Below the pieces are notes generated by a model. The model was given only the letters and a program-made list of their open reading frames with translations. It had not been told where the DNA came from and did no database searches. The position numbers and the translations under genes were made by a program. This document shows, piece by piece, positions 8,594 through 18,438 of a DNA stretch of 48,926 nucleotides; within the stretch, counting starts at the first letter, position 1; each line of letters starts with the position of its first letter. This DNA comes from Coprothermobacterota bacterium (GTDB taxonomy: Bacteria; Coprothermobacterota; HKB111). The stretch covers positions 1 to 48,926 of the forward strand of contig JBBIUB010000008.1 in NCBI GenBank assembly GCA_037440465.1, read 5' to 3'.

Positions 8594-9383
8594 GTTTCAA
8601 CCCGGGGAGGATTACTCTATTTTTAGAACAATTGCAGTCTAAAACCGAATAAGTCAACCTCTTTATACTCTCCATTATTAAAGTTGTCACTGATTTACCT
8701 GCTGACTCCATAACCTCCAGGACCTCCTCATGAGAAAGGGGTGTAGAAGATATTCCTGCAGCATAGTTAGTGGATATAGCAATAGTTGAATAATGTAAAC
8801 CTGCCTCTTTTGCCAGAACTACTTCAGGTACATTGGTCATGCCAACCAAGTCACCTCCCAGAATCTGGCACGCTTTTATCTCAGCAGGTGTTTCAAAGCG
8901 GGGTCCCTCAAAACATACATAAACCCCTGAGGGATGAACTGGTATTCCAAGATTTAAACCTGTATCATATATTATTTTACGCATTGGAAGGCAGTAAGGC
9001 TCTGTCACATCTGTATGAACCACTCCTTCTTCTCCGCCTTCAAAAAAAGTGGAAACCCTACCCTTTGTAAAATCTATGAAACTACTAAGCACAATTAAAT
9101 CACCTGGTTTGAAATCTTTCCTCAAAGACCCGCAAGCAGCAGTTGAAAAAACATATTCAGCACCCCATGCTTTAAGGCCATAAACGATAGCCCTATAATT
9201 TACTCTGTGGGGTGGGACAGAATGACCTTTTCCATGGCGTGGAAGAAAGACTACTTCCTTACCTTCAAAAAAACCCAGAGAAGGAAAAACAGAACCATAA
9301 GGTGTTTCAATCTCAATCTCTTTTACATCTGTTAAGTGATGCAAAGCATATACACCTGTACCACCGATTATGCCTATTTTCAT
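8571..9383 (-). CDS. mtnP: S-methyl-5'-thioadenosine/thioinosine phosphorylase
   Basis: IGIIGGTG, FLPRHG..H.VPPH, EGPRFETPAE, VGMT, TNYAAG. Confidence 0.92.
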   Translation of the reverse strand: MKIGIIGGTGVYALHHLTDVKEIEIETPYGSVFPSLGFFEGKEVVFLPRHGKGHSVPPHRVNYRAIVYGLKAWGAEYVFSTAACGSLRKDFKPGDLIVLSSFIDFTKGRVSTFFEGGEEGVVHTDVTEPYCLPMRKIIYDTGLNLGIPVHPSGVYVCFEGPRFETPAEIKACQILGGDLVGMTNVPEVVLAKEAGLHYSTIAISTNYAAGISSTPLSHEEVLEVMESAGKSVTTLIMESIKRLTYSVLDCNCSKNRVILPGLKHGSHQVK

Positions 9384-10651
9384 TACCTAATCCTCCTGGC
9401 TATATTATTAACTTTAACCATAATTTCTTCCTCATTTACAGTCAATATTTCCCTATCCTTCATTATAACTTTGCCACCTACAATGGTTGACCTGACATCT
9501 TCAGGATGAACATTATAAACGAGATGTGAGTAACCATTATATATGGGTGTCAGTCGAGGAGTACCCAGGCCAATTAAAATCAAATCAGCCAGATAACCTT
9601 CTTCTACATTCCCACCCTTAAGACCAAGGGCTTCATAACCCTTTTTAGTCATGATTGAAAATGTAGTGTGAGCATCCATAGTAGTCGGATCCTTTGATAT
9701 ACCCTTCTGAAGGAAGCTCATCAGCCTTCCCTCTTCCCACATATCTAAATCATTATTGGAAGCAGGTCCATCGGTACCCAGTATTACCTTCAAGCCTTCT
9801 TTCAAAAAACCGTTAACAGGAGCAATACCAGATGCCAACTTAAGGTTGCTGGTAGGATTATGGATGACATAAGATTGATGAGATGAAAGTTCTCTGGCTT
9901 CATCAAGCGTAAGATGAACTCCATGTGCCAAAAGTAGTTTTGTATCAAGTAATCCTGTTTCTCTAAGAAGCTCTACAGGTTTTAGCTTGTAATTATCAAA
10001 TGCAAAATTTCTTTCCCAGGATGCTTCAAGGAAGTGTAGATGAACTGGTACCTTAAGCCTTTTTGCCTCTTCAGATACTTCCTTAAGATAGCTGGGTGGA
10101 CAGGTATATATAGCATGAGGACCAAAAGCTGGAATAATTCTGTCACCCCTTCCATCCCAGCTCTTAATAAAATGAATACTATCTTTTAAAGCCTTTTCTC
10201 CTTGAGTAGAATCTCTATATATCATTCCCGGGGAAAGACAGGCCCTAATGCCTGACTCCAGTGCTGCTCTGGCTACTTCTTCCTCATAAAAATACATATC
10301 TACAAAGGTAGTGATACCACCTTTTATCATCTCTACAATTCCCAGTAGCGCTCCCCAGTATATGTCTTCTGCTTTAAATTTATTTTCCCTTGGCCATATC
10401 TCCTGTTCAAGCCATTCCTTTAGAGGCATATCATCAGCAATTCCTCTGAGAAGTGACATTGAAACGTGGGTATGACTGTTAACCAGCCCAGAGGTTAAAA
10501 GCTGGTTTCTGGCATAAATTACTTCATCCTGTAAATCACCTTTAAGGTCGAGTCCTATCGCTTCAATTCTGTCTTTTCTAATATAGACATCCTTAAGCTC
10601 CAGACGTTGTTCAGAAGAGATAAGATAACAACCCTTAACAAGAAGGCCCAT
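9383..10651 (-). CDS. mtaD: 5-methylthioadenosine/S-adenosylhomocysteine deaminase
   Basis: NSHTH, GITTFVDMY, PHAIYT, HLHFLE, SNLKLASG, GTDGPASNN. Confidence 0.9.
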   Translation of the reverse strand: MGLLVKGCYLISSEQRLELKDVYIRKDRIEAIGLDLKGDLQDEVIYARNQLLTSGLVNSHTHVSMSLLRGIADDMPLKEWLEQEIWPRENKFKAEDIYWGALLGIVEMIKGGITTFVDMYFYEEEVARAALESGIRACLSPGMIYRDSTQGEKALKDSIHFIKSWDGRGDRIIPAFGPHAIYTCPPSYLKEVSEEAKRLKVPVHLHFLEASWERNFAFDNYKLKPVELLRETGLLDTKLLLAHGVHLTLDEARELSSHQSYVIHNPTSNLKLASGIAPVNGFLKEGLKVILGTDGPASNNDLDMWEEGRLMSFLQKGISKDPTTMDAHTTFSIMTKKGYEALGLKGGNVEEGYLADLILIGLGTPRLTPIYNGYSHLVYNVHPEDVRSTIVGGKVIMKDREILTVNEEEIMVKVNNIARRIR

Positions 10652-10690
10652 CTTGATTTTACCTCCGAAATCTCTAAATTTATTTACTCA

Positions 10691-12715
10691 TCAATCAAGT
10701 GGAAGGGCAAAAAATGTACCCTTGGTATCAACAAGATAAATTATTTTGTCTCTTTGCACTGGTGAAACTTCAAATTTAGAGCCTAAATTAGTTTCATTAA
10801 TTAAATCACCATTTATTTTATTAAGTTTATACCAGATACCATTTGTGCTTATCAGGTGAACTAATTCATCAAACCCGATGGTTGAAAGAAATAATTTATC
10901 TGGAGAGTGTGGCCTTGGTATCAAAAGCCTTTCCCAGATAATTTCCTGTTTCCTAATGTCAAAAGCATAAACAACACCATCATTTGCAGGTAGATATAAA
11001 ACATCATCAAATATCTCTAAGGATGATTTTATATTTTTTTCTATATTGTTCCATAATAAGATATCTCCTTTAGAGGGACTTAGACCATAGATAATACCAC
11101 CTTGAGAGACTACAAAAAGCTTCTCTCCATATAATAAAGGTGGTGAAAAAACAGGTTGTGGAACTTTAAATGACCATATCGTTTCACCTCTAATAGTATC
11201 CACTGCTACAATTAAACCTTCTTGCGAAGCCAAGTAGATAATTTCATCAGGAGAAAGAAGAACATTATTTACTGATGATATATGTTGTAATTTAAATAAA
11301 AGATTTCCAGTATCTACCTTGAAACCATAAAGAACACCCTGTCTGGTGGCAGCATAAACCTTACCCAGATTAGAGAAAGCACCATTTATTGGATCTCCAC
11401 CCAGTGGAATTTCAAAAATAAGAGAAGAGTTATCAAGCAAAGGTGAGTAGGAACCCGCTTTCAAACCAAGAAGATTACCATCTTTGGTTGTCATAAAAAT
11501 ATAACCATCACCATAACAAATATTTCCTACTATTTCTTTTTCAAGAGGAAGACAAACCATTAACTCCCCAGTAAATGAATCTAATTCCAGCAATTCTCTG
11601 GTTCTCGTTCCTATAAATATTGAACTCTCAACCATTGAAAGGGGTGTTATAGGTTCCTTCTTTAGTTCAATCCTGCAAAGGGGTAAGCTTTCTGACATTA
11701 GTTTCAGGTTCAATACTAAAGTGGAAAAGGGAGTAAAGTTCAATTCTATTTCCTTGCTAATATATCTTGGTTTTTTGATTATCATCTTTCCTTTTCCTGA
11801 GAAATTACCGTTAATTTTAATAGGAGTATAACCACAAAAACCATCATCAAGGTAAACTTCAGCACGCTCAGGTTTGGTATCAAGATGAATAATAGTTCCT
11901 GGTGTAAAAGCGTCTTCTTCCATGGAATAAATCAAAACCTCCAGATCTTTCGCCATTTCCTCTATGCTCTGGTATCTAAGATTATTATCTTTATACATAG
12001 CTTTTAAAATTACTTGTTCAAGAATTGGAGGAATGTTAGGAATAAATAGAGAAGGTTTGTGTGGCTCTTCTTTTATGTGCTTTTGCATCACATCGTAGGC
12101 AGTATCTCCCGTAAAGGGCAATCTACCAGTAACCATCTCATATAAAACTACACCCAGAGAATATATATCAGTTCTGGCGTCTACCCTTTTCTCAAGTATA
12201 ACTTCTGGAGCCATATATGCAGGAGTACCCGTAACATCTGATAAGGAAACCACAAGGGCTCCCATTCCAAAATCTGAAATCTTTACTTCTCCATTTCTTT
12301 TAAAGAGGATATTGCTGGTTTTCATATCGGCATGGTACACACCAAGAGAATGAGCATAGTAAATCCCTTTTAAAATACTTGTCAGGATATTAAGCACTTG
12401 AGAGAAAGGAATAGGACCATAACTTACTAAATCACTGATAGAACCACCATCCATATACTCCATAACGACAAATGGCTTACCATCCTCTTCGCCAATCTCA
12501 AATACTTTAATAATATTAGGATGAGATAAGGAAGATACTATATAAGATTCCTCTTTAAACCTTTCCAGACTCTGTGGTTCAAGAAAGAATATTGGATGAA
12601 TTCTTTTAATCGCTACCTTTTCACCTATCAAAGGGTCCTCAGCCAGATAGGCTATTCCCATCCCACCCTTACCTAACTCTTTTATTAAACGGTAGTGACT
12701 GACATAGTTACTCAT
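10691..12715 (-). CDS. Hanks-type Ser/Thr protein kinase with PEGA domain and PQQ-like beta-propeller repeats
   Basis: LGKGGMG, VAIK, HADMKTSN, DFG, GTPAYMAPE, DIYSLG; PEGA-like TKPERAEVYLD..GYTP; repeated G.vyA.D..tG..iW units; no TM segment. Confidence 0.92.
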   Translation of the reverse strand: MSNYVSHYRLIKELGKGGMGIAYLAEDPLIGEKVAIKRIHPIFFLEPQSLERFKEESYIVSSLSHPNIIKVFEIGEEDGKPFVVMEYMDGGSISDLVSYGPIPFSQVLNILTSILKGIYYAHSLGVYHADMKTSNILFKRNGEVKISDFGMGALVVSLSDVTGTPAYMAPEVILEKRVDARTDIYSLGVVLYEMVTGRLPFTGDTAYDVMQKHIKEEPHKPSLFIPNIPPILEQVILKAMYKDNNLRYQSIEEMAKDLEVLIYSMEEDAFTPGTIIHLDTKPERAEVYLDDGFCGYTPIKINGNFSGKGKMIIKKPRYISKEIELNFTPFSTLVLNLKLMSESLPLCRIELKKEPITPLSMVESSIFIGTRTRELLELDSFTGELMVCLPLEKEIVGNICYGDGYIFMTTKDGNLLGLKAGSYSPLLDNSSLIFEIPLGGDPINGAFSNLGKVYAATRQGVLYGFKVDTGNLLFKLQHISSVNNVLLSPDEIIYLASQEGLIVAVDTIRGETIWSFKVPQPVFSPPLLYGEKLFVVSQGGIIYGLSPSKGDILLWNNIEKNIKSSLEIFDDVLYLPANDGVVYAFDIRKQEIIWERLLIPRPHSPDKLFLSTIGFDELVHLISTNGIWYKLNKINGDLINETNLGSKFEVSPVQRDKIIYLVDTKGTFFALPLD

Positions 12716-13041
12716 TTTATAGCCAAATATTGACCTTGAGGTTTTATACTTCCAGCGATCATAGGCTGCTGAGCTAAATAGAGATTCAAGATATTCAAAG
12801 ATGTATTAATATCTGTATCTAATATCTTAATTGCCTGCTTTCCAGCACATTGTTTATAACGGTAAGACAGTGGAGAATTAAAAGAATTAATTTCTTCCTG
12901 AGATAAAATATACTTATTAGATAAAGAAAGAATTTTAAGATAGTAATTAACTGATTTCTTATATTCTTCAAATAAATCTTTAAGAATTTGAACCTTATTT
13001 GTATTAACCAAATTTAGACTAAATTTTAGAGTCCTTTTCAT
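12712..13041 (-). pseudogene. tnpB: Internally deleted TnpB (RNA-guided nuclease family) remnant, still an open 109-aa frame
   Basis: TnpB-like N-terminus (MKRTLKFSLN..NTNK...YKKSVNYY...LSYRYKQCAGKQAIKI) fused directly to a RuvC-III-like DTDINTSLNIL; RuvC-I/II and the zinc finger are missing. Confidence 0.75.
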
Positions 13042-13075
13042 TTTTTAATTCCTTAATAATCTTTTCTGTTTTTCT

Positions 13076-13104
13076 TTTATATATTCTTTGTCCATATTTG
13101 TCAA
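13076..13104 (-). promoter_or_regulatory. Putative promoter in the mini-element left end, pointing toward tnpB' and the kinase
   Basis: Minus strand TTGACA, 17 bp spacer, TATAAA. Confidence 0.5.
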
Positions 13105-13129
13105 AAGTAATGTTATAGTTTTTAAATAC

Positions 13130-13837
13130 TCATTCATAAATACACACAACCACAGTAATGTTATCTCTTCCGCCGTATTGAAGAGCAAGAGCTATAAGAT
13201 TATCGGTGATTAATTCTGGTTTAGATTTGTAAATAACTTCTTTAACCTCTTCAAGAGGCACATATTTAGATAATCCATCAGTCGCCAGGAGAATTTTATC
13301 TCCCTTTTCTAAAACAAGAGAAGTAACATCAGCTTCAAGTGGATCCTTTTGCCCAACCACTCTGGTCAAGACATGAGATAGGGGGTGGTCATCAGCAGTG
13401 ATACCCATACCATAAGCCAAGGTATGCGGTTTTGTAAGAACTATTTCCTTACTACTCCTGAAAATAAAAGCTTCAGAATCTCCTGCATAACCTACAAATA
13501 AGGTATCTTTCTTTATAAAACCCAGAGTTAAAGTAGTACACATGCCCAATGTTTTACGACTCTGCATTCCAGTATTATGAATCATATGATTGGTTTCTAT
13601 GAAAGCTTCTTGAATTAGAGAAGGATACTCTGAACCTGAGTATCTTTTTTGCTTCTCAAACAATAACTTAGCAATATTTTCTGAAGCTAATTTTGAAGCA
13701 ATCTCTCCTCCTCTTTCACCACCAACACCATCAGCGACTATAAAAAGAGGAAAAGGCCTTTCTTTTGTAAGGTAAAAATCCTCATTTTCATTTCTAACAT
13801 AACCTTTGTGAGTAGCACCATAAAGCTTAATATTCAA
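13130..13837 (-). CDS. PP2C/PPM family Ser/Thr phosphatase (PrpC/Stp-like)
   Basis: THKGYVRNENED, VADGVGG, MCTT, GDS, LTRVVG, LATDGL, GGRDNIT. Confidence 0.93.
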   Translation of the reverse strand: MNIKLYGATHKGYVRNENEDFYLTKERPFPLFIVADGVGGERGGEIASKLASENIAKLLFEKQKRYSGSEYPSLIQEAFIETNHMIHNTGMQSRKTLGMCTTLTLGFIKKDTLFVGYAGDSEAFIFRSSKEIVLTKPHTLAYGMGITADDHPLSHVLTRVVGQKDPLEADVTSLVLEKGDKILLATDGLSKYVPLEEVKEVIYKSKPELITDNLIALALQYGGRDNITVVVCIYE

Positions 13838-13847
13838 TTAATGTTAA

Positions 13848-14768
13848 TCATACCCCTTTAATATAATGATACGCTGTATAAGCTGCTACTGCCCCATCAG
13901 ATACTGCGGTTACAATCTGTCTTAGAGGCTTCTTCCTTATATCACCAACTGCTAATATTCCAGGAATATTCGTCTTCATACTCTCATCGGTTATTACATA
14001 ACCATGTTCATCAAGATTAATCAGACCCTTAAGGAGTTCAGTTTGGGGGTCTTCACCAATATATATAAATACTCCTTTCACAGATAAAATAGTAATTTCT
14101 CCTGTTTTTATATTCTTTATCTCTAATCCTTCTACGCCTCTGTCACCAATAATTTTGATAGGAACCGAATTCCAGAGAAAGGCTACGTTCCCCATTTTTC
14201 TGGCTTCGTCTTCAAGAACCCTAACTGCTTTTAATTCATCTCTTCTATGGATAACATAAACATTATGGCAGAGAGCAGCAAGATAAATTGCTTCTCCTAT
14301 GGCTGAATCACCACCTCCAATAACTGCTATATCTTTACCCTGAAAAAAATAACCATCACAGGCAGCACAAAAGGATACTCCCTTGCCAATATATTTATCC
14401 TCTCCAGGAATCCCAAGGGTCCGCGGTTTAGTACCTGTTGCTACAATGACCGTCCTTCCTTTATAATAGTCACTTTCACCTTCCAGAAGAAAAAGGTCCC
14501 CTTCTTCTTTTATAGACCTAATAGTATCTGAAACATATTCTGCACCATATACATAACTGTGGGTTTTAAATAAAACTCCCAGGTCTTTTCCTTTTATACC
14601 TTCAGGAAAACCGGGATAATTCTCCACTTTATCAGTTAGCATCACTGTTCCACCAAGGTTTAATTTCTCAATTATCAAGACTCTCAAACCAAATCTGCAT
14701 CCATATATAGCTGCTGTAAGTCCAGCAGGTCCACCACCAATAATCAGAATATCAAAAAGTTTTTCCAT
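13848..14768 (-). CDS. trxB: Thioredoxin-disulfide reductase (start placed at ATG 14768 after SD GGAGG)
   Basis: IIGGGPAG, VENYPGF, CAACDG, IGGGDSA, HRRDEL, AVGD, RQIVTA. Confidence 0.95.
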   Translation of the reverse strand: MEKLFDILIIGGGPAGLTAAIYGCRFGLRVLIIEKLNLGGTVMLTDKVENYPGFPEGIKGKDLGVLFKTHSYVYGAEYVSDTIRSIKEEGDLFLLEGESDYYKGRTVIVATGTKPRTLGIPGEDKYIGKGVSFCAACDGYFFQGKDIAVIGGGDSAIGEAIYLAALCHNVYVIHRRDELKAVRVLEDEARKMGNVAFLWNSVPIKIIGDRGVEGLEIKNIKTGEITILSVKGVFIYIGEDPQTELLKGLINLDEHGYVITDESMKTNIPGILAVGDIRKKPLRQIVTAVSDGAVAAYTAYHYIKGV

Positions 14769-14773
14769 TTGCT

Positions 14774-15766
14774 CTATCCCCTCCACTTCAATACTATTAC
14801 CCTTTCTTCTCCGCTTAAATCTCTCACCATTTCTTCAAAAGTAAAACCCAGAGATTTTGCTTCCCTTACAAGTTGAGTAATATTTCCAACTTCAAAAAAT
14901 ATTAAAGCTTCATTGTTAAGTATATCTCTAATAGACCTTAAAATCTCCAGAGATATCTCAAATCCTTCCTCACCACCATTCAAAGCTAACAATGGTTCCT
15001 TCTTGACATCTAAAGGAAGTGAGTCAATTTCACCTTTTTTAACATAAGGTGGGTTACTAATAAAAAAATCTATTTTCCTTCCAATATGATTCTTGGGGTA
15101 GGTAAAACCATTACAATGATATATTTTAACCTTTGAAGTTAACCCAAATCTATTAATATTCTCCAGAGTAATTTTGTATGCCACCTCGTCCTTCTCAACA
15201 CCACTATATAAAGCAAAGGGAAACTCTAAAGCTAAGCTAACAATTATAACGCCACTACCAACCCCCCATTCAAAGACAACGGGTTGTTTCACATGGATAA
15301 ATCCCCTACCACCTCTAACACACGCCTTTATCCTCTCTTGAGAGAGGGGAGGAGGGAAGACACCCTGACCTGTTTTAAAAGAAAAATTTTTACGAAGGTA
15401 TTTTAAGACCGAGTGAACAAGAACCTCTGAATCAAAACGAGGTATAAATACGCCCTCTTGTACTCTGAAAGAGCGACCATAGAAATACTGATAACCTAAA
15501 ATATAGGCTAATGGTTTGTGTTTCTCTCTTATTGAAATAAGCTCTAAGAATTTTCTCAATACCTCTTCCGGTAAGGGTAATTCTTGAATTGTCCCTACTT
15601 CTTTATTTCCTGAAAGGTAAAGATTGGTTAGCTCCTGACCGAGAAGGTGAGCTAATAAAATCTCACTCTCTTTCTCAGATGAGAAAATACCTGCATTCGC
15701 CAATATCTCTTTTCCTGACCTGACAGCTTCAACAACAGTCATACCACTATTTCTCATAGTAGTCAA
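14774..15766 (-). CDS. prmC: Release factor glutamine methyltransferase with in-frame repeat insertions (start may be 15742)
   Basis: PLAYILG..FYG, VFIPRFDSE, GVGSG, SNPPY, EP..AL.GG.EG; follows prfA. Confidence 0.92.
   Translation of the reverse strand: MTTMRNSGMTVVEAVRSGKEILANAGIFSSEKESEILLAHLLGQELTNLYLSGNKEVGTIQELPLPEEVLRKFLELISIREKHKPLAYILGYQYFYGRSFRVQEGVFIPRFDSEVLVHSVLKYLRKNFSFKTGQGVFPPPLSQERIKACVRGGRGFIHVKQPVVFEWGVGSGVIIVSLALEFPFALYSGVEKDEVAYKITLENINRFGLTSKVKIYHCNGFTYPKNHIGRKIDFFISNPPYVKKGEIDSLPLDVKKEPLLALNGGEEGFEISLEILRSIRDILNNEALIFFEVGNITQLVREAKSLGFTFEEMVRDLSGEERVIVLKWRG
15298..15366 (-). repeat. Palindromic repeat (family A/B) inserted in frame in prmC
   Basis: Reverse complement CTCCCCTCTCTCAAGAGAGGATAAAGGCGTGTGTTAGAGGTGGTAG aligns with intergenic CTCCCCTCTAACAAGAGGGGGTAGGGGGTGTGTTAGAAGGGGAAG (36099-36143). 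Confidence 0.85.
15571..15598 (-). repeat. GTAG-type REP-like palindrome in frame in prmC (encodes VGTIQELPL)
   Basis: Reverse complement GTAGGGACAATTCAAGAATTACCCTTAC is a 28-bp imperfect palindrome close to the GTAGGGGCAATTCATGAATTGCCCCTAC REP type. Confidence 0.75.
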
Positions 15767-15771
15767 GGGGA

Positions 15772-16848
15772 CTACTTTAGCCTCTTCAGGGCTTCCTGTT
15801 CAGCATATAACATAAGAGGTTCTACTAATGGTTCCATATTCCCATTTAAAACTTCACTTAAATTAAAAAGAGAAAGACCTATTCTATGGTCAGTTATTCT
15901 ATTCTGGGGGAAATTGTAAGTCCTGATCTTTTCACTTCTTTCTCCGGTTCCCACCTGTACTTTTCTCTGTGAAGCAATTGATTTATCCTGCTCTTCTCTA
16001 TAGTGCTTGTATAAACGAGCCCTTAAAACTTTCAGGGCTTTTTCCTTGTTTTTTATCTGGCTTCGTTCATCCTGACAGGAAACAACTATCCCTGTAGGAA
16101 TATGAGTAATCCTAATAGCTGAGTCTGTCATTTGTACATGTTGACCTCCCGCTCCTGACGCACGGAAAGTATCCACTCTCAAATCCTCTTCTTTAATATC
16201 TACCTCCACATCTTCTACTTCTGGAAGAACTGCTACAGTAACTGTAGAAGTATGAATCCTTCCAGATGCCTCTGTATCTGGTACTCTTTGAACCCTGTGA
16301 ACACCACTTTCATATTTAAACTGAGCATAAGCCCCCTTACCTTCCACTTCAAACACCACTTCTTTGTATCCACCTATATCCGTTGCATTATAATCTACTA
16401 TGCGGTAGTTATATCTATTTTTTTCAGCATATCTTGAATACATCCGCAGCAAATCCGCTGCAAAAAGAGCAGATTCCCCACCACCAGCAGCACCTCTTAT
16501 TTCAATAAAGACAGATCTTTCATCCATAGAATCTCTTGGCAATAGATACTTCTTTATCAAACTCCAAACTCTTTCCTTTTCGCTTTCAAGGACTCCTATC
16601 TCTTCTCTGGCAAGCTCTTTTAGTTCCCCACCTTCACTTTCAGAAATTTCTATAGTATCTTTGAGTTTAAGTTCCAGGACCCTGTATTTTTCACTGAGTT
16701 CCACTATCTCTTTTAACTCACTGTGTTCTTTCCCCAATGAAACAAGCAGAGATATGTCCTCCACCAGATCAGATTGAGCAAGTTTTGCTTCCAGCTCTTG
16801 ATAGCGTTTCTTAAACTCTTCTATTTTTTTAAATATTAGTTCTTCCAT
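15772..16848 (-). CDS. prfA: Peptide chain release factor 1
   Basis: [14 protein letters not shown] (PxT), [25 protein letters not shown]. Confidence 0.97.
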   Translation of the reverse strand: MEELIFKKIEEFKKRYQELEAKLAQSDLVEDISLLVSLGKEHSELKEIVELSEKYRVLELKLKDTIEISESEGGELKELAREEIGVLESEKERVWSLIKKYLLPRDSMDERSVFIEIRGAAGGGESALFAADLLRMYSRYAEKNRYNYRIVDYNATDIGGYKEVVFEVEGKGAYAQFKYESGVHRVQRVPDTEASGRIHTSTVTVAVLPEVEDVEVDIKEEDLRVDTFRASGAGGQHVQMTDSAIRITHIPTGIVVSCQDERSQIKNKEKALKVLRARLYKHYREEQDKSIASQRKVQVGTGERSEKIRTYNFPQNRITDHRIGLSLFNLSEVLNGNMEPLVEPLMLYAEQEALKRLK

Positions 16849-17435
16849 TTCCTTCTGGGATGACCTTCAACATTGTGATGATTTTGACAACGAGCTTCAT
16901 AAAACTCAATAGCCCCTACAAGGATTATTGGGTCATAGTAGGAAGCTGGTTTGTCATTAATGATTCTCTGGGTATAGTAAGCTGGAGCACCACAGACTGA
17001 ACAAACTGCTTCAAGTTTATCTACTTTATTAGCTATTGCCATTATGTCTGGAATATAACCAAAAGGTTCTCCCCTGAAATCCATGTCTAATCCAGCAGCT
17101 ATAACCCTCAATCCCATTTGCACAAGTTCTTCAAGAACTAGCTTAATTTCTGAGGGAAAAAACTGAACTTCATCTACTGCCACCACCTGGGTATCAAGAG
17201 TAATGGCTCTCAGAATTGCTGAAGGGTCCTCAACAGGTATGGCTTCTACTGAAATACCACTATGAGAAACAACTCCTGTAGAATTATATCTGTTGTCTAT
17301 AGAGGGCTTAAAAACAATAACTTTCTGTTTAGCTATTTTAGCTCTCCTCACCCTACGAATGAGCTCTTCGCTCTTCCCGGAAAACATGCAACCAGTAATA
17401 ATTTCAAGAGTACCTATTCTACTTGATAAATCCAT
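16836..17435 (-). CDS. tdk: Thymidine kinase
   Basis: [31 protein letters not shown]-x2-C...YEARC. Confidence 0.96.
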   Translation of the reverse strand: MDLSSRIGTLEIITGCMFSGKSEELIRRVRRAKIAKQKVIVFKPSIDNRYNSTGVVSHSGISVEAIPVEDPSAILRAITLDTQVVAVDEVQFFPSEIKLVLEELVQMGLRVIAAGLDMDFRGEPFGYIPDIMAIANKVDKLEAVCSVCGAPAYYTQRIINDKPASYYDPIILVGAIEFYEARCQNHHNVEGHPRRKWKN

Positions 17436-17437
17436 TT

Positions 17438-18427
17438 TCACCACTCCTTGAAATAAAAATCATACAACTCCCGTGCCTGTTTGGGAGTTAAGTCAGCTCC
17501 TAAATACCTATCTCCTTCCCAAACCTCAAAGTGAAGGTGTGGTTTACCTCCTCCAGTACCCGAAGAACCCACTAGAGCTATGAATTCTCCTGCCTCAACT
17601 ATATCGCCAACCTTAAGGTCAGGTCTCACCCAGGAAAGATGAGCATATTTTGTTGTAACATCTCCATTATGTTTTATATGTATCTGCCTTCCCATAAACT
17701 TATCCAGAACAGAAGGCAATGTAAAGCCTTTGCGAATTGACTCTTGTGATAACTTTTTCCACTCACTATAAGAGATATCTCTGTACCCGTGGTCTATTCT
17801 TATTATCTCACCTTTATAAGAGGCATAAACGCTCGTCTGGTTGTTTATTAAAATCCCGACATAACCATTATAAAAGTCTATTCCGTGGTGAACGCCTGCT
17901 CTGTAAGTACGAGGTGCGTTGGGAAGATATTCTCTTTCAAGTGGTAATACAGCCCCTTTTAAAGGTAATAAAAAAGCATTTTCTCTTAGAGGTGTCAAAA
18001 TTTCTACTGGAACATCTATAAACGTGTACCCTTCTAACAATTTACCATATGAAAAGTTTATTGCTTCTCTGGAAAACCCATGAGGTATAAGCAAGGAAGA
18101 AAATTCTTGAGAAGAACAATTCAAAAGAGGTTCTTTATACTCTTGTAAAACTTCCCGTATAATCTTAAAAGGCTCAATCTGGCAAACTTCTCCTTTTTTA
18201 AAAATATATACCAGTCCTCTCTCTTTGATGGTTATTTCCTCTTCCTGAATCTCTTTTAGTCTATCCAGTACAAAAGTTTTAGCCTTCTTCTCTTCAAAAC
18301 CATATAGATTAGTGCCATCAAAAAATACTTCCCATTCAACATACCTGGTACGCACAGTGCTTGAGAGGATAAATAATAAAGTAAAAATCAGGTAGTAAAG
18401 TGGTAATTTTATATCCCGTATATTCAA
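17438..18427 (-). CDS. M23 family metallopeptidase with N-terminal signal/anchor
   Basis: HHGIDFY (HxxxD), YAHL, GSSG, PHLHFEV (HxH); hydrophobic N-terminus. Confidence 0.88.
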   Translation of the reverse strand: MNIRDIKLPLYYLIFTLLFILSSTVRTRYVEWEVFFDGTNLYGFEEKKAKTFVLDRLKEIQEEEITIKERGLVYIFKKGEVCQIEPFKIIREVLQEYKEPLLNCSSQEFSSLLIPHGFSREAINFSYGKLLEGYTFIDVPVEILTPLRENAFLLPLKGAVLPLEREYLPNAPRTYRAGVHHGIDFYNGYVGILINNQTSVYASYKGEIIRIDHGYRDISYSEWKKLSQESIRKGFTLPSVLDKFMGRQIHIKHNGDVTTKYAHLSWVRPDLKVGDIVEAGEFIALVGSSGTGGGKPHLHFEVWEGDRYLGADLTPKQARELYDFYFKEW

Positions 18428-18438
18428 GAAATCCTCAC

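Larger units (their letters stand above)
12709..13134 (-). mobile_element. Non-autonomous IS607-like mini-element (418 bp) between the PP2C and kinase genes
   Basis: AT-rich; bounded by the direct repeat TACTCATT (12709-12716 and 13127-13134); holds a TnpA-like C-terminal tail KRKTEKIIKELKNEKD overlapping a deleted tnpB. Confidence 0.75.

Noticed and set aside
15738..15771. Possible third repeat insertion at the prmC N-terminus (hairpin ACTACTAT/ATAGTGGT, MTTMRNSG)
   Set aside because: No second copy in the window and the start codon is ambiguous; too weak to call.
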